Shown one piece after another: positions 19,206 to 28,095 of a DNA stretch of 64,000 nt (positions are counted from its first letter, which is position 1; each line of letters starts with the position of its first letter). Position numbers and translations under genes: made by a program. The notes below the pieces were generated by a model. The model did no database searches, had not been told where the DNA came from, and worked only from the letters and a program-made list of their open reading frames with translations. Origin of the DNA: a virus (Duplodnaviria > Caudoviricetes); the IMG/VR virus record IMGVR_UViG_3300032332_001787, positions 128,001 through 192,000 of that record; one strand, given 5' to 3'.

Positions 19206-19892
19206 ATGATTAATTATAACAAAATTTGTGTTTTTGATTTTGAAACTGACGGATCGGACCCAAAAGTCTGTAGTCCTGTTCAAATTGCTGCAGTTATTAT
19301 AGATCCTATTAAGTTAGAGATAGTTCCAAATTCTGAATTTAATATTTTCTTTAAACCAGAAGTTTTAGCTAATGACGAAAACTATAATTATACAACAGAC
19401 ATATTGGATTTTCATGCTAAGGTTAGAGGATCTTCCAAAGAAGATATCCTGAAAGAGTGGAAAGCTTATCCTGCACAGGAACAATCTTGGAGACTATTCA
19501 TAGACTACCTGTCTATGCATCACACAAGATCAAGCAAGAAAAGCCAGTTTAGTGCTCCGATAGCTGCTGGTTACAATATTAATAGGTTCGATCTTACTAT
19601 CATTGATAGATTAAGTCGAAAATATGGCAATGTAAATAAGGAAGATAGGTCTGATGTATTTTTCCCTAGAGATGTCGTTGATATTATGAATCTTATTTTT
19701 TATTGGTTTGAACATAATAATGATTTAAAAAACTACACTTTAGATTCTATCAGAGATTATCTTGGTATTAGTAAAGAAGGTGCTCATGATGCTCTAAAAG
19801 ACGTAAAAGATTGTGCAGAAATACTAACTAGGTTTATGAGACTGCATAGAAACTTGGGACAGAAAGTTAAATTCAAAGGTTCTTTTTGCTGA
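19206..19892 (+). CDS. DEDDh 3'-5' exonuclease (DnaQ/epsilon-like)
   Basis: ExoI FDFETDG, ExoII GYNINRFD and ExoIII HDALKD. Confidence 0.9.
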   Translation: MINYNKICVFDFETDGSDPKVCSPVQIAAVIIDPIKLEIVPNSEFNIFFKPEVLANDENYNYTTDILDFHAKVRGSSKEDILKEWKAYPAQEQSWRLFIDYLSMHHTRSSKKSQFSAPIAAGYNINRFDLTIIDRLSRKYGNVNKEDRSDVFFPRDVVDIMNLIFYWFEHNNDLKNYTLDSIRDYLGISKEGAHDALKDVKDCAEILTRFMRLHRNLGQKVKFKGSFC

Positions 19893-19899
19893 AGATAAA

Positions 19900-21528
19900 A
19901 TGACTAAAAAATTTCAATATAGTTGTGGTTGTTCTTTTGATATTATCGGTGAAGATAATCATAAAAACCTACAAATAAAATTTGAACCAAAAATTGAAGA
20001 TATTAACTTAGACTGCCAAAAAACTTGGGATCTTATTTCTGATGGAAATACCAAAGGATGCTTCCAATTGGAGTCTAGACTCGGCAAGTCTATGGCAAAA
20101 AAGTTAAAACCCCAGAACATAGAGCAGTTATCTGCTTTAATTAGCGTTTTACGGCCAGGATGTTTGGAAGCGGTTAGAGATGGAAAAACTGTTTCTAATC
20201 ATTATATAGATAAGAAAAATGGTTTGGAGTCCGTAGATTATTATCATCCTTGTTTAGAGCCTGTTCTCAAAACAACATATGGAGAAATGATCTATCAAGA
20301 GCAAGCAATGGAAATTGCAAAAACCGTTGCTGGTTTTGATCTTCAAGAAGCAGACATGTTAAGAAAAGCTATTGGAAAAAAGAAACCAGAAGAAATGGCC
20401 AAGATTAAGATTAAATTTCTAGCCGGATCTGCAAAGAGCGGCATGGTTTCTACACAACAAGCAGAGGAAATTTTTAGTTGGATTGAAAAATCACAAAGAT
20501 ATTCATTTAATAAATCTCATGCAGTATCTTATGCTGTAAATTGTTATTTGTCCGCATATACAAAAGCACATTTCCCAAAAATATTCTTTGCTGCTTATTT
20601 GAGATTTGCCAAAGACAAAATTGATCCTAAAGCAGAAATAAAAGAGTTAGTTCAAAATTCCAATGAAATGGATGTTGCTGTATCTATACCAGATATTAGA
20701 AATCTTAATAAGTTATTTATTCTCAAAGATGATAAAATATACTTTGGATTAACAGATATAAAAGGATTTGGACAATCTGTTTTTGATAAATTGATATCTA
20801 CTATAGATAGTAAAAAAATTAATTTAGATAGCATGACTTGGCCTGAAATTTTACTACATGTGTTAATAAACCTTAATTCAACATCCGCTAAGGCTTTGAT
20901 ACAGGGTGGTGCTTTATCGTTTATTGGCAAAAGCAGAACAAGTATGTTATTTGAACTTAGTCTTATTTCTGAATTAACAAAAAAAGAATCTGACCATATT
21001 ATTAGTAATATACATCATCACCGTACCATCGGAGATAGCTTACATGATTTATATCATAATGGAAAGTCTAATAAGAATAGAAAAGCTATTATATTAGGAT
21101 TAATTAACAATTATAATAAACCACCATATTCCTTGGAAGACAATCCAGAATGGATATCGGATACTGAAGACTCGGTTTTGGGATGTAGTATTACTTGTTC
21201 TAAAGTAGATATGTATGATATTACTATGACAAATACAACGTGCAAAGACTTTAAAACAACTTTGAATAAAGATAATATTATTTTGTGTGCAGAAATCGAG
21301 AATATCGGCGTCACAAAAACTAAAACTGGGAAAACTCCAGGTTTAGAGATGGCATTTGTTACATTAAGCGATGGAACAGGAGTATTAGATTCCGTTGTAT
21401 TCTTTCCAGAAGCATACAAAACGTATCGCAACACACTATTTCCTGGAAATGTTATTATTGTTAAGGGGAATAAAGCAAAAAATGGCGAATCTTTGATCGT
21501 AGAAAAGACTTATATTCCAAAGACTTGA
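19900..21528 (+). CDS. dnaE: DNA polymerase III alpha, C-terminal half (fingers, HhH, OB)
   Basis: GCFQLES, LRPG, IYQEQ, ADMLRKAIGKKK, YSFNKSHAVSY, HhH GLTDIKGFG and OB-fold MAFVTLSDGTG. Confidence 0.95.
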   Translation: MTKKFQYSCGCSFDIIGEDNHKNLQIKFEPKIEDINLDCQKTWDLISDGNTKGCFQLESRLGKSMAKKLKPQNIEQLSALISVLRPGCLEAVRDGKTVSNHYIDKKNGLESVDYYHPCLEPVLKTTYGEMIYQEQAMEIAKTVAGFDLQEADMLRKAIGKKKPEEMAKIKIKFLAGSAKSGMVSTQQAEEIFSWIEKSQRYSFNKSHAVSYAVNCYLSAYTKAHFPKIFFAAYLRFAKDKIDPKAEIKELVQNSNEMDVAVSIPDIRNLNKLFILKDDKIYFGLTDIKGFGQSVFDKLISTIDSKKINLDSMTWPEILLHVLINLNSTSAKALIQGGALSFIGKSRTSMLFELSLISELTKKESDHIISNIHHHRTIGDSLHDLYHNGKSNKNRKAIILGLINNYNKPPYSLEDNPEWISDTEDSVLGCSITCSKVDMYDITMTNTTCKDFKTTLNKDNIILCAEIENIGVTKTKTGKTPGLEMAFVTLSDGTGVLDSVVFFPEAYKTYRNTLFPGNVIIVKGNKAKNGESLIVEKTYIPKT

Positions 21529-21552
21529 CGCAATCGCACTGGTTTCTATAAT
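21525..21552 (+). promoter_or_regulatory. Sigma70-like promoter upstream of ssb
   Basis: TTGACG (21525-21530), 16-nt spacer, TATAAT (21547-21552). Confidence 0.65.
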
Positions 21553-21594
21553 AGTTCAGTGTTTGGTTTTGGTTTTTTAAAAAAGGAGAGATTG

Positions 21595-21975
21595 ATGAAT
21601 ATCAATATTTTACGCGGTAATTTAGCTAGAGATCCCGAACTTAGAGTTGTGAACACCGGCGGTAAGCAAACCTCTGTAGTGAATTTTACAGTTGCTGTTT
21701 CTAGGGAATACACAAAGTCAAATGGCGAAAAGGACAAAGTTACCACGTTTGTGCCATGTGAAGCATGGGATAGTGGTGCAGAGATTATAGGGCAGTCTTT
21801 TAAGAAGGGCGATTTAGTTTTAGTAGAAGGCTCTCTTAGAAATGACTCATGGGAGAAGGATGGAGTAAAACATAATTCTCTTAAGATTAGGGTTAATAAT
21901 TTTTCAAAGATCACAAAGCTTTCTAAGAAGAAGGAACAAATAGAATCTGCTGAAGAAGAAGTTGTTAACTTCTGA
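21595..21975 (+). CDS. ssb: Single-stranded DNA-binding protein
   Basis: GNLARDPELR, VNFTVAV, CEAW and LVLVEGSL of a bacterial-type OB fold, ending in acidic EEEVVNF. The ATG at 21595 follows AGGAG (21584-21588). Confidence 0.92.
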   Translation: MNINILRGNLARDPELRVVNTGGKQTSVVNFTVAVSREYTKSNGEKDKVTTFVPCEAWDSGAEIIGQSFKKGDLVLVEGSLRNDSWEKDGVKHNSLKIRVNNFSKITKLSKKKEQIESAEEEVVNF

Positions 21976-22004
21976 TCTGATTATCTCATCAACAGGAACA
22001 AATA

Positions 22005-22034
22005 AGGGGGATGAAATACTCCCCCTATATTTTT
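22005..22034 (+). terminator. Intrinsic terminator-like hairpin after ssb
   Basis: AGGGGGA-TGAAATAC-TCCCCCT stem-loop followed by ATATTTTT. Confidence 0.6.
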
Positions 22035-23702
22035 ATGTCTAAGAAAAAACTCAAAATTTTAATGTGTTCTGAAGCCAGTTTTCTTAGCTCTGGTTTTGGT
22101 ACCTATGCTAAAGAAATTCTCAAAAGACTACATGCTACAAATAAATATGAGATAGCAGAGTTTGCTTCATATGGCAAAGTTAATGATCCAAAAGATACTG
22201 ATGTTTCTTGGAGATATTATGCTAATGCTGTAGATGATAAAGATCCAAGACATCAAGAATACAATAGTTCTGCAGAAAATCAATTTGGTAGATGGAGATT
22301 CGAGCGGGTTTTATTAGACTTCAAGCCCGACATTGTATTTGATGTTAGAGACTATTGGATGAATTCATATCAGCAATTTTCTCCTCTTAGACCATTTTAT
22401 CATTGGGTATTGATGCCCACGGTAGACTCAGCTCCTCAGCAAGAAGAATGGATTGATACCTTTTTACATGCTGATGCTATTTTTACTTATTCTGATTTTG
22501 GTAGAGACACTTTATTAGAACAAAGTAATAGAAAAATTAAATACATAGATACTGCTTCTCCAGGAGTGGATCTATCTACATTTAAAATAATAGAGAATAA
22601 ATCATCAGTAAAAAAAGCTCTAGGACTAGATGAGCAGTCTTTTATTGTTGGTTCTATTATGAGAAATCAAAAAAGAAAACTCATTCCTGAGCTATTTGTA
22701 TCTATAAAAAAATTAATCGAAAAATTTCAGAAGGAAAACAATCCTTTAGGAGAAAAAGTATTTTTATACTTACATACTAGCTATCCTGATGCTGGATGGG
22801 ACTTACCCCAACTTCTAAAAGAATACAAGATTGGTAATAGGGTATTATTTTCCTATAGCTGTAAAAACTGCAATTATTTTCAGCCATGCCTATATCAGCA
22901 TCCAGTGTCTTATTGTCCCAAATGTGGACAAAAATCTTTTAGTATGCCCAATGTTAGTTCCGGGGTTTCATCTAATATTTTATCAGTCATTATCAATAGT
23001 TTTGATATATATGTACAATATGCTATATGTGAAGGATTTGGAATGCCCCAAGTTGAAGCTGCCGCTTGTGGTGTCCCAATAGCTTCTACAGATTATAGCG
23101 CAATGAGTGACGTGGTAAGAAAATTAAATGGCTATCCAGTGAGGATTAAGCAATCTTTTAAAGAACTAGAGACCAAAGCGATCAGAGTCTACCCAGACAA
23201 CGACCACCTTGCTGAAATTTTATATAACTATACAAAATTACCAGAGTTTTTGGTAAATCAAAAAAGATTTGAAACTCGTAAATTAGCAGAAAAATATTAT
23301 AACTGGGATAATATTGCTAAAAAATGGGAGAATTACTTTGACCAAGTGAAATTAACGGGACTACAAGGACAATGGCAAGAAAGCTTAAATGTTCTTCAGT
23401 CTATCAAAGAATTGCCCAAACTTAATAGTAATTATGATATATTAACCCAGTTGGTGTCAAAACACTTACCAAACCATCAGATAGCGTCATCAATTATACT
23501 ACTCAACTTAATTAAAGATCTGGATAATGGTTTTGCTATCAATGGAATGCATACTGAGCAGTATACTATGTCTAAAGCTATTGATATTCTTAATAATATG
23601 ATATCTAATAATAATTTAGCACAAAATGCTAAAGATAATCATGAGAATCTAAAACATGAAGATTTTATTGAATACGCAGATATGAAAGCTAAATTACAAT
23701 GA
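22035..23702 (+). CDS. Glycosyltransferase family 4 (GT-B) with zinc-ribbon insertion
   Basis: SGFGTY loop and CEGFGMPQVEAAACGVP (Ex7E) motif, with internal CKNC...CPKC. The ATG at 22035 is preferred because the track's start (22011) lies inside the hairpin. Confidence 0.88.
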   Translation: MSKKKLKILMCSEASFLSSGFGTYAKEILKRLHATNKYEIAEFASYGKVNDPKDTDVSWRYYANAVDDKDPRHQEYNSSAENQFGRWRFERVLLDFKPDIVFDVRDYWMNSYQQFSPLRPFYHWVLMPTVDSAPQQEEWIDTFLHADAIFTYSDFGRDTLLEQSNRKIKYIDTASPGVDLSTFKIIENKSSVKKALGLDEQSFIVGSIMRNQKRKLIPELFVSIKKLIEKFQKENNPLGEKVFLYLHTSYPDAGWDLPQLLKEYKIGNRVLFSYSCKNCNYFQPCLYQHPVSYCPKCGQKSFSMPNVSSGVSSNILSVIINSFDIYVQYAICEGFGMPQVEAAACGVPIASTDYSAMSDVVRKLNGYPVRIKQSFKELETKAIRVYPDNDHLAEILYNYTKLPEFLVNQKRFETRKLAEKYYNWDNIAKKWENYFDQVKLTGLQGQWQESLNVLQSIKELPKLNSNYDILTQLVSKHLPNHQIASSIILLNLIKDLDNGFAINGMHTEQYTMSKAIDILNNMISNNNLAQNAKDNHENLKHEDFIEYADMKAKLQ

Positions 23703-24823
23703 ATGTACTTTTCGTAGGTCCATATAGGCAACAAGACGGCTGGGGGTTAGCCTCTCAAAGCTATATAAGAGCCATAGCTTCTCGAACTTCAAATATAACA
23801 ACCAGACCAGTATTTTTAGCTGGTGGAGATGCTTCTCCTATTGATTCTGATCTTTTGGGCTATGAAAATTCTATCTACGAAAACTATGATATAGTAATAC
23901 AAAAAACACTCCCACACTGCTTATTTTATGATCGTAGATTCAAGAAAAATATAGGCTTGTTTGTATTAGAAACTAACAATATTTCTAATTCAACCAGTAT
24001 TGCTTCTATTAATAGAATGGATGAAATATGGGTACCAAGCAACCAAGAACAAAAATGTCTGATAAAATCTGGTATAACCAAACCAATTAAAGTTATATCT
24101 CAACCCTTAGATACAAATTTTATTGCTCAAAATAAAGATCATAAATTAGACTTTAATCATATTCTTAACAAGTCTTTCAAGTTTTATTTTATCGGAGAAT
24201 ATACAGAAAGAAAAAATATAAAAGATTTAATCATTGCTTTTCATTTAGCTTTTGATATTTCACAACCAGTTACATTAGTACTAAAAACTAGTATTTCAGG
24301 AATGTCTTCTAATGAATCTTATAAAACAATAGAAAAAGATATAGATAGTATCAAAAAACAACTCAACATTAGTAGTCGCTATAAAAAAGAAATATTAGTT
24401 ACTGAAAAATTGTCATACAAAGACCTAATAGGTCTTCATAATTCATGCGACTGTTTAGTAATGCCTTCCTATGGAGAAGCATTCTGTAGACCAGCTGCAG
24501 AAGCTCTATGTTTAGGCAAAATGCCTATTGTAACAGATAATACGGGGATGGTTGATTTTATCAACAATGATAATGGTTTTGTTGTGCAAAGTTCCAAAGT
24601 TCCTGTTGTAGTATCTAAACGAACACTATCTGAAGATTTTGATATATACAACGCACAAGAATACTGGTATAAAGTGCAAATTTATGATCTAATAGATAAA
24701 ATGAGGACTGCATATTCATTGTATAAAGATAATCGTAAAGCTTTTGAAACTAAGAAAAATATTGGCATGTCCCAAATAGAACAATTCAGCTATAAAAACA
24801 TAGGACAAAAATTATGTATTTGA
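23699..24823 (+). CDS. Glycosyltransferase family 4 (GT-B)
   Basis: DGWGLAS, ERKN and MPSYGEAFCRPAAEALCLG motifs. Confidence 0.88.
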   Translation: MNVLFVGPYRQQDGWGLASQSYIRAIASRTSNITTRPVFLAGGDASPIDSDLLGYENSIYENYDIVIQKTLPHCLFYDRRFKKNIGLFVLETNNISNSTSIASINRMDEIWVPSNQEQKCLIKSGITKPIKVISQPLDTNFIAQNKDHKLDFNHILNKSFKFYFIGEYTERKNIKDLIIAFHLAFDISQPVTLVLKTSISGMSSNESYKTIEKDIDSIKKQLNISSRYKKEILVTEKLSYKDLIGLHNSCDCLVMPSYGEAFCRPAAEALCLGKMPIVTDNTGMVDFINNDNGFVVQSSKVPVVVSKRTLSEDFDIYNAQEYWYKVQIYDLIDKMRTAYSLYKDNRKAFETKKNIGMSQIEQFSYKNIGQKLCI

Positions 24824-25743
24824 GCTTTGTTAATGGAAATATATTACAGAAATTCTCTAAAGATAGATATAATATCGTATACTATCCTCAAAATAATTTA
24901 TTCGACTACTCTTTGATGCTTAATGATGAGTATAATTATTTTATTTTTGGAAACAATCAGAAAGACTATTATATGCCAAATATTATAGATCTTCCACAAA
25001 GTTATATATCATTATATAATTATAATTTGTCGATGACTAATAATATTATTGGATATACAACAAATAATCTTAAACAATTTCATCTAAATACTATTATTTT
25101 TACGCATTCATATAAGCCTCATTATATTAAGAAAGAGGATGCTTTATTAATTAACAAGAGACTAACTAGAGAAACGAAAGTTTTCTTTTCTGAAAAATCA
25201 AAAGAATCTTGGGGTCTGAGAGATAATGCACACGTCATAAAATATGGAATTCCACAAATATTTAGCAATCAGACAAAACAAAAAGACAGAAAAGACGTAC
25301 TGCTATTAAACTATGAAAATATGTCACATAATCAACAATTATATCAAACCATAAATACCGAAGGATATTCTTGTGATATTGTATCCTCTTGCACAGATGT
25401 ATCTTTAGACGATATTAATAATACATTCAATCAATATAAAATATGTATTGATTTAGCAGATCATAATATCTTCAACCTAATGTGTTCAATAGCTGCGGGT
25501 TGCTCTGCTATTACTATAAAAACACCAATGCTACATAACGAATATTCTAGTGTTAACGGTTTGTTTTTGATGGACTCAATAACTTCTGTGGTATCTCAAA
25601 TCAAGACCGTTATTGATCTGACTAATGATGAAAATAGCGAAAGATGTTCTAATCAAGTTTTAAACACCTTTAATTATGACACTTTTAAAAATAGCATGAA
25701 AACCCTGATAACGCGAGCAAACTCGGAGACCTTTTTATTATGA
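24814..25743 (+). CDS. Degenerate GT-B-like protein
   Basis: C-terminal YKICIDLAD..NLMCSIAAGCSAIT resembles the GT4 donor-binding segment but lacks the Glu residues. Confidence 0.45.
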   Translation: MYLSFVNGNILQKFSKDRYNIVYYPQNNLFDYSLMLNDEYNYFIFGNNQKDYYMPNIIDLPQSYISLYNYNLSMTNNIIGYTTNNLKQFHLNTIIFTHSYKPHYIKKEDALLINKRLTRETKVFFSEKSKESWGLRDNAHVIKYGIPQIFSNQTKQKDRKDVLLLNYENMSHNQQLYQTINTEGYSCDIVSSCTDVSLDDINNTFNQYKICIDLADHNIFNLMCSIAAGCSAITIKTPMLHNEYSSVNGLFLMDSITSVVSQIKTVIDLTNDENSERCSNQVLNTFNYDTFKNSMKTLITRANSETFLL

Positions 25744-26153
25744 TACCACAGATTAATATAGTTGTTAATAGCCATAATGAAGTTAAAGGATTTAATAATG
25801 TCAATATTAAAGACTTAGAACAAATCACCAACGGTTATGTTAATAATATAGTTTTTACTTGCATTGATGAACTTGAACAAGACCAAAGGGATCGTATATT
25901 TGTTTCCCTTTTAAAGAAACTCAGCCATGGAGGTTCATTAACTATCAAGTTTCTGAACCCATATGCTATAGCTCATAAGATTAAATCTGGATCAATGGAT
26001 GGAAGCGGATTTGCCAGTTCAATTAAAAACATCAAATCGTCATGGACAGAACCAGACTTTCTATCCATAGCAGCTTCCGGACAAGGATATAGATTAATCA
26101 AATTTCATAATGAAGACCTATATTCTATAGCAGTTATTGAAAAAAATAAATGA
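25740..26153 (+). CDS. Degenerate methyltransferase-like protein
   Basis: NGYVNNIVF ... LLKKLSHGGSLTI matches the C-terminal half of class I MTases. No glycine-rich motif I. Confidence 0.4.
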   Translation: MIPQINIVVNSHNEVKGFNNVNIKDLEQITNGYVNNIVFTCIDELEQDQRDRIFVSLLKKLSHGGSLTIKFLNPYAIAHKIKSGSMDGSGFASSIKNIKSSWTEPDFLSIAASGQGYRLIKFHNEDLYSIAVIEKNK

Positions 26154-26839
26154 ACAAAATTGCTTGTTTTATACTATCGTATGAAATTACAAAAGGTATG
26201 AAGTCTTTTGGTCCTTTGGGATTATTAAAAGCTAACCCATCGTCCAAAGAACTCATACTCTGCCAAATTGATAGTTTAAATAAACTTTTTGATCATCCAG
26301 ACATATATGTAGTATCTGGTTTTGGTTCAGATAAAATTCATAAAAAAATACCAAATTCTATTTATAAAATTTTAAATACTTCACATGAGACCAAAAATCA
26401 TGGATATGCATTGCGTCTATTATTATCTAAAATAAAGCATTCTGAATATTGTGGATGTTTTATTATGAACGGAAGTGTTTTGTTGGGAAATATTAATAAA
26501 AATCAAATATTGTGCAAAGATTCTTCTTGGATATTATCTAGAAAAAACAAAAAATCATTATCTAAAGCAAAATTTATGGGACCGATAATGAATGATAAAG
26601 GCAAATTAGATTATATTTTTTATGATGTTGGTGAACACAATTGGTGCGATACGGTATATTTTTGCAGAGCTGATTTATTAAAACTTTCGGTTGATTCTTT
26701 TTATGACAATATGTTTTTATTTGAAATCATAAATAAGTCAATTGTTCATAATAACATACAATATGACGAGGTTGTTGTTCCAAATGATTCAGTTATAATG
26801 ATTACAGGAATAAAGGACAAACATAAAATTAAAGTATAA
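26150..26839 (+). CDS. Nucleotidyltransferase (NTP_transf)-like protein, degenerate
   Basis: ILS..TKGMKSFGPLGLL ... IYVVSGF pattern resembles sugar-phosphate nucleotidyltransferases but lacks GxGTR and the PK lysine. Confidence 0.5.
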   Translation: MNKIACFILSYEITKGMKSFGPLGLLKANPSSKELILCQIDSLNKLFDHPDIYVVSGFGSDKIHKKIPNSIYKILNTSHETKNHGYALRLLLSKIKHSEYCGCFIMNGSVLLGNINKNQILCKDSSWILSRKNKKSLSKAKFMGPIMNDKGKLDYIFYDVGEHNWCDTVYFCRADLLKLSVDSFYDNMFLFEIINKSIVHNNIQYDEVVVPNDSVIMITGIKDKHKIKV

Positions 26840-26842
26840 ATT

Positions 26843-27622
26843 ATGAGCATAAAAACATTAATACACACAGCTAATGAATCAGATTACCAGTTCTTTATAA
26901 GAAACTTATATGAACATGAAGATAAATTGGAGTTGGCTAATGCTAATATACATGGGAATCTTTTAGATATTTATTATCAGTTAAGATCTAGCATAGTAAT
27001 ACTACCAGCTAGCGAATATACTCAAGAATTTCATGATTTCATTACAGAATATCATAAGCAAACTAAAGTAATTATTTTTATCAATACGAATATTAAAAAT
27101 ACTCAGATTTTTCAATTCTGGAAAGAATGTTCAGTATTATGCGTAGGGAGAAGAGAATATTTTGGGGATCACTATGACGAAACCAACTGTTTAGCTTATG
27201 ACTCTTTGTATGATCATAATACCTACAGCTACACAAACCAAAACAGAAATAATAAAATTGCAGTGCTATTATCCCAGGATGATACCAAAAGCGCAGTTGC
27301 TATAGGATCATTACTATATCCAGAAACCAATGAAAAGCTGGTATTGTTCAATAGTGCTACATACTCTCATCCACAAAATGTGGGATTTTTAAATCCATCT
27401 GATACTTGCGTGGTATTAAATTCATATAAATCATTAATAGATCTCGATGATAAGTTTTGCTTAGAAGCACAAATTTGTAAGATACCCAATATATCCACAG
27501 ATGGAGATATATTATCTAATATTCAAAATTCTGTCACTAAAAAATTATGTGAAAATATTGAAAAGTATTCATATGATTCATTTATTGTAAATCAATTTTT
27601 ACCAAAAATTATAAAGGTATAA
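26843..27622 (+). CDS. Hypothetical protein, GT-B-like C-terminus
   Basis: YKSLIDLDDKFCLEAQICKIPNIS resembles the LEAxACGxPVI motif. Confidence 0.45.
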   Translation: MSIKTLIHTANESDYQFFIRNLYEHEDKLELANANIHGNLLDIYYQLRSSIVILPASEYTQEFHDFITEYHKQTKVIIFINTNIKNTQIFQFWKECSVLCVGRREYFGDHYDETNCLAYDSLYDHNTYSYTNQNRNNKIAVLLSQDDTKSAVAIGSLLYPETNEKLVLFNSATYSHPQNVGFLNPSDTCVVLNSYKSLIDLDDKFCLEAQICKIPNISTDGDILSNIQNSVTKKLCENIEKYSYDSFIVNQFLPKIIKV

Positions 27623-27627
27623 CAATT

Positions 27628-28095
27628 ATGGATATAGGTTTTTATGTTTTGGATATCGAACCTAGTAGTGCATTTCAGAATCAGATATTATCATCTATCA
27701 ATGATTTGTGTAAATTAAGACCCTATGACAATATTGTTTTGTTTAATAATCAATTTAATAAACTAGACAATAATCATAAATATTATATATTGCATATTCA
27801 ACAAGCTAAATATTTTGACGGGATACTATTTGTGTTTGATACAAAGAGCGCTATGCTTACACAAACTTTTCCTTGTCCCAAAAAACAAATACTATATATC
27901 ACAGAACCAGAGTGGTCAAAGAATCCATCTTTACCATATGGCTTTTGGTATAATATCTATATGAAAGAGCAAAATAATCTTATAGCAAATTCTCAAGAAA
28001 TATATGACTTATTAGATATTTGTTGGAAAAAACCCATCAGTCTTATGCCGTCACTCAATAGCAAGGAATTAGATAATGTCATCTCTCAACTATAG
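27628..28095 (+). CDS. Hypothetical protein
   Basis: 155-aa ORF in the same operon. Confidence 0.6.
   Translation: MDIGFYVLDIEPSSAFQNQILSSINDLCKLRPYDNIVLFNNQFNKLDNNHKYYILHIQQAKYFDGILFVFDTKSAMLTQTFPCPKKQILYITEPEWSKNPSLPYGFWYNIYMKEQNNLIANSQEIYDLLDICWKKPISLMPSLNSKELDNVISQL

Noticed and set aside
18900-19990. Split intein in dnaE
   Set aside because: The N-half has no Cys/Ser-initiated IntN tail. Neither the 67-aa ORF nor the C-half leader has an HN/SN-[CST] junction. The break is not at the known Y/CFNKSH site.
21573-21584. T6A6 palindrome in the ssb leader as an operator
   Set aside because: It is low complexity and expected by chance in AT-rich DNA. It is kept only as part of the U-rich leader finding.
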